Part shown: positions 50,776 to 60,000 of the stretch, one piece after another | How positions within the stretch are numbered: position 1 is the stretch's first letter | How the letters are laid out: every line of letters begins with the position of its first letter | Source: Lama glama | Taxonomy: Eukaryota | Assembly (NCBI GenBank): GCA_028534125.1 | Contig: CM052816.1 | Span: forward strand, 65,846,001 to 65,906,000 | DNA length: 60,000 nt | Direction: 5' to 3' | The notes under the pieces: generated by a model | The model's input: only the letters and a program-made list of their open reading frames with translations | What the model was told of the DNA's origin: nothing | Databases searched by the model: none | Translations under genes and position numbers: made by a program

Positions 50776-53246
50776 CTCCATGTATTTCTAAATAGACAAA
50801 TACGTATTTGGTCTCTTCTTTGTGCTAGGCCCTGGGGATACATTGGTGCCTCCCTCCCTTCGTGGAGCTTATTGAACAAAAGTGATTAAGCAAATAAAAT
50901 GATTCCCAATATGGTAAGTGCAGTGAAAGGAGTACTACACAAAGGACTGAATTAACATGTGCATGCACATGTATGTGTGTGTGTGTGTACATGTATGTAT
51001 GTGTCCTGGAGATGTACTTTAGTTGGCTGGTCAGGGAGGCTGAGGACTGGAGGAACCAATCAAGCAAAATTTGGCAAGAAGAGAATTATAGCCAGTACGA
51101 AACCCTTAAATATCCAACAAGTATGAAGAGCAGAAAAAAGGCCATCTTTTTCAATTATTGTTAAGAGAAAAGAAATTAAGAGAATGATCTTGAAAGACCT
51201 TGCATTTATATGACCCTCACATTCAGATTTCCAGCGAAAGTTGGAAATCTTAAAATGATGAGTTTCCCCACTCTCAAACCTTGGTGTTGGTTTTCTGCAT
51301 GAACCTGAGCCCATCCTCTGGTGCTAGAATGTTCTTGAGAGTCCTGGTGGGCCGAGGACAGAGAAACTGAACTTCACCTAGGGATGGAAGGAAAGCCTTC
51401 TGGAGTAAAAGTGCCCCCTGGATTCAATGCAGCTGCAGTTTTCCTTTTAATGCAAAGTTTAAGAGCCTCCTAAGGGGTTGACTTGCTAGAATTGAAAAAC
51501 ATTCTTATTAGGCTTTAAGATTTTCATTGCTTGTCAATGCCTCTCTCAGCCCAGGAAAATACAAAAATTCAAGAAATCACTAAGAACTACTTAGCTCTGT
51601 GATCATACTTAAAGCATAACACTAGCATCTGTGTTTCCTCCTGGTCAATTTACCTCTATTTTAGGTAGCAAGTCGCCCACTAGGCAACCCATGTTGAATT
51701 TTCTCTTGCTGTGAGTACATAGATTTCATTGTTCTGATACCTCTATGGGCTAAATTTAAAGTTTGAATTCAAAATGTAATTAGTAAGTGGATATATGTAT
51801 GAGGGAAAAAAGAATGATTCTAGCAACTGGCTGGAGTAATCTTCCAAAGGATACAATGTTGGTCTTCAGCTGATAGGATGGTGTACCCACCGTGACAATA
51901 TGAATTCTGCAAAAGACAGACATTCTGACTGGCAAGACTGCTCAGGACATGTGCCATGTTCTTTTCCCTTCCACAATTAAGTAGTTCATGAATGAGTTCT
52001 CTCAGCTTTAAACATCCAATATACTTTGGACTTATGTTAACTGAAACCCATCACAAATCATCATCACAGTCATCTTGTGCTCAACCTACCAGTTCTCCAG
52101 TACTTTCTGGATTAAAAATAACAAAATAATGACCAAAGCAACAGTAGCAACCAAAAAAATAAATAAATTAAGGTTTTCTTGTGAAATATATTGCACTCTA
52201 ATTCTTTTGACAGCTTAATGTTTATTAAAGATATGGATATAATTCTTTATTACTCTGTCAACCATAACAGTTTGTTGGTATCTACCATTCGTTGATCATA
52301 GTGCATAACAGAGTTTTCCTTTCCCAGATATGTGCAAGTAGAGATGATAAATAATGCAGCTAAGGAGAACCGCTCAAATACAACTCCAAAATGAGCCTGA
52401 GAGAGTGGAAGGAATAAATGGAAGGTTGCATCCCAGCATAGCCCCGTGTTCCATGGACGCTCAGTAATACCTCTTTGTACCATCAACACTTCCCAGAATT
52501 AAATTTTACCCAGTTAACTGCTGCCCTGACGCTTTCATTTTTTTTGGTGATGGTTTTGCCTCTGTAGAATTCAAATGGTCTTCATCGAGTCTTGACCACT
52601 AATGTTTGTCTTCATTGAAACTGAAATTGTCTTCATTCCTTTGCTCAGAGACTCCTACTTGGAGACTGAAAGGTCACTTTAAATGTAACAACATTTGGGA
52701 AACCACGTAATGAATTCAAATAAATTCATGCCTATTAAAAGGAGGCGTCTCTTGCTCAAGTTCCAGAGCTTGCATGGAATAAACCAGTTGGCTTTGGTCT
52801 GAATATCTTTTAAAAGAAACTTGCTGTGCTTCTCTTTGTGTTCTTGTGACACAAAATGGGAAAATCCTAAATTTTTATTTAATCGTTTTCAGAAAAATAC
52901 AATTTGTTCAGTGATTGTAATTAAACTCTATTAGAGTTTTTACAGCTGCTACAGCTGTCAACAAATTTAAGAAGTATTTTTTGGTTGCATTATTTAAGGA
53001 TGTCTTATATTGTCTACCTTTGTTGTAGCAACTCCACTTTTTAAAATTTGCTCTGCCTATGTGCTTGGGCTATAGGTACAAAAATATATGTACAAGAATG
53101 TTCTACAGTTCTTAAAATAGAAGACTAGAAACAGCCTAATTGTTCATCAAAATTCAACAGTTTTGTCCAGCAACAGTGGAATACCGCGTAGTGGTGAGGA
53201 AGGTCTCTTATGTACTGGTATGGAGTCATCCGCAGGCAATGTTCAC

Positions 53247-53247
<1 letters not shown>

Positions 53248-53286
<39 letters not shown>

Positions 53287-53287
53287 G
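53248..53287. repeat. (ATT)n microsatellite
   Basis: Direct reading. It explains the poly-N in ORF 53125-53319. Confidence 0.95.
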
Positions 53288-53559
53288 TTAATATTTGAAA
53301 AGATCGTTCTCAGACTCACAGGTCTTCTCTTTCAGTAGTTTTCTTTGTGTATCCCTCAGAGTTTGTTTATGTGAGTGCAAACAATGAAACTATAAATTCT
53401 ATTCACTCCCCTTTTTTACAAAATAAGAGGCATTCTCTATGTTTTCACTGTCCTTTTTTCTTCTTTTTGCCTTTGATGTAGATTGTTTGTGTAAAACAAC
53501 AGTTGTTTTTCCGTTGACAACGTGTTGGTTCATGAAGAGGCTTCTGGCTCTTTTTTGAA

Positions 53560-54180
53560 AGGAGATGTATTGAAATGTAATTCACATACCATATTATTCA
53601 CTCATTGAAAGCATACAATTAATCAATTTGTAGTATATTCATACAGTTGTGCAGCCATACCATGATCAGTTTTAGTATATTTTATCACCCTAGAAGCAAC
53701 CCAGTACCCTGTAGCTATCCCCCTCCAAGTCCCACATAGCCTGCCCCACTCCTGACCCTCATCAGCTGTTAATCTAGTTTTGGGCTCTATAGATTTGCCC
53801 GTTCTGAATATTTCATTGAATTCACAGAATCATGTAATATGTAGTCTTTCATGACTGGCTTCTTTCACTTAGCACAATATTTTCAAGGCTCATTTGTGTT
53901 GTGTGTATCAAAGTATTTCATTCCTTTTTATGGACAAATAATATTCCATTGTATAGATGTACCACATTTAGTTTATCTGTTCATCAATTGATAGACATTT
54001 GGGTTGTTTTCACCTTTGGGTTATCATAATGCTGCTATGAATATTTATGCAGAAACTTTCTTGTGGGCGAATGTTTTTACTTTCCATGGGTATGTACCTA
54101 GTAGAAGAGTTGCTGGGTCCAATGGTACATTTGTGTTTAACTTTTTTTTTTAACTGTTTTCCAAATTGGCTATATTCTCA
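53560..54180 (-). mobile_element. L1MB-like 3' region
   Basis: TTGAAATGTAATTCACATACCAT...GACTGGCTTCTTTCACTTAGCA...GACATTTGGGTTGTTTTCACC. Confidence 0.88.
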
Positions 54181-56889
54181 CTCTTTTTTACAGCAGAAAG
54201 TTCTTCTATTGAATAATTGCCCCATTATTAATTTAGTCTGAGTGTATTTTTCAATGAAAAAGTCAAGGTGCAATGTTTCCATTTATGTAAATATACAAAG
54301 ACTTTCCACACACATGAAGATGTGTTCACCTGCTGGTGTATTTCTGCACGTGCACTCCAGGCAATGATAATTGCTGCTAGTTTGGAGAAGAGGTAGCTAT
54401 AGGCTTGGGAATTTGACTTGGAAGGGGGTTGAGGACTCACTATTTTGACTCAGGGGGATTTTTACTATGTGCACTAATTCATTTTTCAAATGCAAATGTG
54501 ATTCATTAATTTAAAAAAAGAAATATATTTTCTGGTCACATTCTGACAGATGTTGGTTAGGACAAGAGGTTTCTTCATCTAGGCTGGGCATCAGTCATCC
54601 TGCACTATGAGGTGTCAGTGCTACACTACCTGTCTCTTTGCCGTCTGCTCAGTCTGATGTCAGTTTTAGTCATTAGGGCAAAAATATAACGTCTGCTCTT
54701 CTATCTTTAGGGGTCATGGCATCATTTCAAAAATTAGGCATTATTTAGCTCTTACTCAGAAGTAATGTCTCCCAAATGTTTTATACAGCCCAGTCCATAT
54801 CAAAGGCAAAAAATAAAAAAAAAGCTAGGGTCTGGGTGAATTCTGGGGTTGAGAGACAAGAGGAGGGTAGCTGAAGTATCCACGACAGGTGCAGCGGGTG
54901 CTGACAGGCAGGGCTGGTCAGTGCGGAGCCCTTCACATTTTCTGTACTGTCGGTCCAAGTGTTGTGCATTGGTGACTGGAGAGGGAACCCTTACTTGCTC
55001 CCTGCACGGCAGCCATCACGGAGCTCGGAAGCGGCTCTGTGTTTGCTTTTCTCTGTGCTTGAAAATCTGCTTTTTTAATGTGAGTTTTTCTTTTTTTTTT
55101 TTCTAGACAGAACTTATAGTGTTTTTTTTCCCTCTGTTTAATCTACTGGTGCTTAAATACACCAGTGGATTCTGATTTCTGCTTTTGGTTAAATTAGCTT
55201 GCCTTATTAAATGACAGAAACATGCCTGCATTCATTTGCTCGTTGATTTGTTCATTCTTGCATTCACTCATTTATTCCTTAAGCATTTATTTGTTCTGCA
55301 CTGCTCAGACCACTCCTCCATGAGCGAAGGTTCCTTGTATGGTGCTGGGAGGGCATGATTTGCAGCTGGAGAAGAATAATTTTGCATCCTGTAACAATCA
55401 AAATCCTTAATCCTTTTTTTTTCAACATATATTAAGCAAACTTGATTTTGAAAACTACCTGACTTTGGTTCACTTAGTTCTTCTATCAAATAAAAAAAGA
55501 TCCTGGCAGCAATCACTACGAATTAGTTTAAAAATACATCAAGAAAGATATAGAGAAGAGATTCCATAAACATTCAACCTGTAGGAATAATGTAAAGTAA
55601 TTTGATTTTATCAGAAATTTATAAAATGGATGTCCCTTAGAGCTAAAAAGCCTTTTTTTCAGAGAAATAAAACCATGGGTGAAGAAATGAATACACTGTG
55701 CTTCAGTCATTGTCTCCGTCCTGATGAGGGAATGAGGAATATGCTATGTGTTGTGCAACTGTGTTTGGGGTGGAAAGGGGTTGAGTGATGGAATTAACAA
55801 AGATGCCACCAGAACAAGTATTCCATCCAACTAACTTCCTATTAACAATCTATTCCTGAAGAATTCATTTATGAAGATGATTGTAACTAAAAAGAAGTCT
55901 TATATTTCATTTTATTTAAAAGATGCATTTATCACATTTATTCCTAGAAAATCATGATACACTTTCCCTCTGGCAGGACTATTGTTTATTTTTAAATAAG
56001 AAGACACTGATTAATCACAGCAGTTTTTCAGAAATAAGTAGGGATTTTCCTGCCATGAGGCAGCTAGTAAGTAATTCATTTACCAAATGTTAACAGAGCT
56101 AACAAAGAATTTTGTATCATAAAAACCTCACAGTTGCTGACTTTTCTCTCTCCTATAAAAAAAAGCAAGATTCTTTGACATTCTATATGTAACATGACAA
56201 GAGAATGTAACTGTACTGTTGATCATGATCTAATTGCGACAACTAAATACACCAGTAGTTTCCTATGGCCGTAGCTGAGCTGGTACTGTTATGCCCATTG
56301 TTACACTGGGAGCCCAGGCACCCAGTGAAGCAACTGATGGCGAGTTTACCCAGGATCACTGTGTATTTGTTTATTTCTGAGTCTCTTTCTATCCATCCAC
56401 ACTGTCACTTCTCCATTTACACTTCAGATGACGTGAGTAGTGCTATTAAGTCATCGTTCAGTTATTAGAACATGGGGTTGATAAGGCGTCTGTGTAAGCA
56501 ACACAAGGATGTCTGGTTAGTCCGACTGAGGCTTGCAGAGGAAGAGTCACCCATGTACTGTCCCTGCACTCTGTGTGGTGGAGTGAGAACTCCAAGCCAG
56601 GCTGCTGGACACCCAAGCCTACACCCTTGACCTCTGTCCCTCTAAAAGCTTGCCTTATGGGAAACTGCCTTAGTTTAACTGTTTAAAATAAGGCATAGCA
56701 CAGTTGTGGCTTGCTCCCAAGTCGAATATGAAATGAATAATATTTCACTGATTCTAACCATGTTCTGCTGTTGAGGACACCTTTACAGTTTACCAATTAG
56801 GAAAACAGTACTAATTTGAAAATTCTTGCCATACAATCTGCAAAATATTTAGGATCAAGGCACAGTAACCCCTACATATTATCTTTTAT

Positions 56890-57480
56890 TAAAATAAGTG
56901 TTATAAAAGCAATTCATGTGCACTCTAGGATCTTTTAAAAATATAGAAAAATGCAAATACAAATTACTCACCTCACCACTCCTCAAAATGACTACTGTGA
57001 ACTCTTAGGTATTTTCTTCCAACCCTTTTCTAAGTAAATATGGTACTAATAGCAGTCATATGTTCATGCACTTTTACTTTAGTTTTTTTAAAATTTAACA
57101 TTTTATCATAAGCATTTTCCCATATCATTTAATATTATTTGGGATAATATTTATATGCATGCATATTCTACCTTAATATATTTTATAATTTAAACATTTA
57201 CCTATTGTCAGGCATTTAAGCTGTTTCTAATTTTCCCCAAAGATTAAAGATATCAGCCATTCTGTAAATTTTCTGTTTTCCTATTAGTTGTTTTTCTATT
57301 ATGGTTGTATAGTTTTTCCTGTTGATTAAAAAAGGTTCTTTACATATTAGGTAAGAGTCTTTTTCATCTTACATTTATTGTAATTATATATTCCAACTTT
57401 AGGGCGTTCTTTTTTTACTTTTGTTTATGGTGTTTTATATAGTCAAATCTATTAATTTATCTTTGTAGTGTATTTTTTGA
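56890..57480 (-). mobile_element. Highly diverged L1ME-like remnant
   Basis: AT-rich, with CCTATTGTCAGGCATTTAAGCTGTTTCTAATTTT and ATATAGTCAAATCTATTAAT motifs. Confidence 0.5.
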
Positions 57481-60000
57481 AGTAGATAATATTTTGATAC
57501 AGTAATACAAGAATATAACTTTTTAAAAATGAATACCTGATGGAGGTGCTTGCAGTTAGAATTATGCTATCCCATAAGATTGGAGATCACTGGTCTAGAT
57601 CATGTGACCCCAGGAAGGTCTGTATACCAGCTTGCAATTCAGGGATGGAATAGGAACAGAGCAACTTAAGTCTACACCTGAAGATCATATGAACTGGAGT
57701 CTCAGAAAAGAAGATAGGCAGAAGGAACTAAGGCAGAAGCCAGGAAAGAGATGGGGTGGATTTTCAAAGCAACCATGGCAAAGGTGGTGTGATGTGGTCT
57801 CCAGAGTGATGCTGAAGGACTTCTAAATTTGCTTCTGCTTAAAATCAGAATTATTCCTAGAGAACAGGGAGGAGCAGAGCAACAGGTGAGGTTCAAGTGA
57901 CAACATGGGGGAGGGAGAGCAGGTTGCAGAACCGAGATCCAGTTCACCTGTTCAGCAAGTTTCCATTTTCAAGCAAGTTTCTAGTATATAACAGAGGGAA
58001 TTCTTGATCAATAATGTAGCCTAGGGCTACATTCCATTTTTATTTTAAAAATGTCCATCAATGAAAGGTTGTACAGCAGACTTTATCAATGTAAAAAGCC
58101 ATTGTATTCAATCCAGGCAAACAACCCAAACCCTGAAAGTATCCATTGTTGAGGCTCTGGGAAGCTGAGACTCTCTTAGCCTTGTGTGACTGTGGGTGGG
58201 GCCCCCTTATTTCTGTTTTATTCAGTAAACTGCTTCTGCATTAAATGATGCCCACAAACATTGAAAATACTAGCCCACCTCCTGAAAATCAGCTCTTTAC
58301 TCTGCTTTCACAAAAATTCTGCCCAATATTTGTCCTAGTTTTAAGAAGATAACCATCATAGAGATTATATCCTCTAGTGTCCTTACTTAGCTGTTGGTTG
58401 AAGGACTTGATTTTTTTCCCATTTTGATCTCATATCAATTAAGGGTAGACTTTGAGCTACATGATAATATATTACAGGAAAAATCAAGTGCAGATTTACC
58501 TTTAAAATACAGAATCACATGTCCTGCTTACTTAGAGTTCAACTTTGGAGGTATTTGATCATTATTGCAGATTGATTGTTGGTAGGAAGTGGATGAAAAC
58601 TTCAGCCTTCATTCTAAAGTCTTCTAATTTCTCTGTTGAACAGCCAGTGATTCAAACTAGAGCTACCACCATACACATGTCTAATGTACATACTGGGAGA
58701 ATAGCTCTTTAAGAGAACAAAGTAGAAAACCCCGAATTTTCACACTTTGAAAATTGTTTTTGCTTTGTGTAACTGTAGAGGGAGAATTAATATTTTTAAC
58801 TAAAATGGTGAATACATGAACATTAGTTCTTTGCTTTTTCTAGACTTTAGCTACATAAATATTTTACTGTAAGAAGGTAAGGTATTTATTTCTACATTTG
58901 TTTCATTACTCATTAAAACTTTATTGAACAAATGCTATGTGCTAATATGACATGAGTTCTGCATAAAAGTAAGGGAAATGATCTGCTCATTTGTCTTTTG
59001 TATTTGAGTGAAATATGTAACCTATCACAACGTTGCCCTTTCAAGGGACTGTTTACTGTGTGCTTTTTAATAGAGGAGCATTTGCTAACTTAACAAGCAT
59101 TGCACGACACATGCCATTAATTAGTTCTGTTAGCATGGCCGTGGGATAGATGGTCCTATAAATCAACTGCTTTTACAGTCACTAATTAGCTGACTTAGTT
59201 GCATTTATTTCAAATAGACTGTGGTTCCTGTTATGGTCAAATGAGGTCAAGTACACAAAGTAATTTAAAAAGACATAAAATAATGGTGCATGGGTGTATA
59301 GGTATGTGGGTATAGGTGATTTTACAGACAGAATCTGTAATACAGGTATTATGGCTTGTAACTGAAATAATTGTTACAAAACTTAATTGTATTCTCATCC
59401 CATAACATAGGCGTATGTGTGCCTGTGTACACACACACTGTGAGGGAGTATCTATCTACGTGTTTGAATGATAGAAATATTTAATTTGTAGAGTTCTGGC
59501 AAAGAAATAAAATAGTCTTGCTTAATGTGGGTAACGATCAGCGTCTGAAACTATGAAAATGATCATAATTCCAGATTGCTGACTAATTTGATTGCGGGTT
59601 TACTTTTTATTAGTAAGTTGACTTGCATGTAGATCAGGCCTTCCTTTCAGGGAGGAACAAACATGTAGAATCTTCCCATAAATGGTCACTCCTCTCTCAA
59701 TAAGAGCACTCACATAAAAATTATAGAACTATTAGTCATCATGGTTGAAAATATCACGTAAGGTTAATGTAGTCCCCATCTGGTGATATCTTAAGTCAGA
59801 TTTATTAAGATCAGAGTTGGTTTTGACCAGGGCTGTGACATTAACCACTATTATTTAATAAGAGATGGGAAGCCTAGTGGATAATTGTCTATTTCTTTTT
59901 GGACATTTATGTGTTTTTCTTAAGATAATGAATACAGAATTATCATCATTATTCTGTGGGGTTTTCTGTTTGTTTTAAAATAACCTCTGTAATATCAAGC

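Larger units (their letters stand above)
1..60000 (+). other. PDE4D: Intronic region of PDE4D (cAMP-specific phosphodiesterase 4D) surrounding the PDE4D9 first exon
   Basis: Inferred from the PDE4D9 first exon at 32857-32921. The shared downstream UCR1 exon (FDVDNG...) and other isoform first exons were not seen, consistent with very large introns on both sides. Confidence 0.85.

Noticed and set aside
3660..54460. Scattered AP-1 heptamers (TGACTCA/TGAGTCA)
   Set aside because: The number is close to chance expectation for 60 kb and they show no clustering.
1..60000. Other PDE4D exons (D3 and D8 first exons, UCR1 exon FDVDNG) and the intronic miR-582
   Set aside because: Searched by eye for the recalled sequences and did not find them. 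A very short exon could have been missed.
1..60000. A novel multi-gene biological system
   Set aside because: The window is explained by PDE4D intron, one small exon, one retrocopy and interspersed repeats. The remaining 60-140 aa ORFs lack recognisable domains, and many start at non-ATG codons.

Overview
Mammalian intronic DNA, AT-rich and repeat-rich. It is very probably camelid (camel/alpaca), judged from five copies of a Vic-1-like tRNA-derived SINE and cetartiodactyl-type L1 3' ends. The window lies inside the PDE4D gene on the + strand. The only PDE4D coding piece seen is the isoform-specific first exon of PDE4D9 (32857-32921, MSIIMKPRSRSTSSLRTSEGV(C), phase-2 GT donor). It is preceded by a TE-poor promoter/leader with a TATA box, CRE-like sites, a kB motif and several uORFs. 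About 7 kb upstream, on the - strand, is a full-length processed pseudogene of NSA2 with a lost ATG, a frameshift and a nonsense codon. Its 5' half shows an unexpected A/T-to-G/C substitution excess and retained CpGs, suggestive of GC-biased gene conversion. The rest is L1 (including a twin-primed 5'-inverted copy split by a MER21-like LTR), L2, MIR, MaLR/ERVL LTRs, a Tigger5/MER47-like DNA transposon, SINEs with TSDs and microsatellites. Almost all ORFs in the supplied track are spurious or TE-derived. I found no convincing novel multi-gene system. Repeat family names and reference proteins are recalled from memory, and repeat boundaries are approximate.
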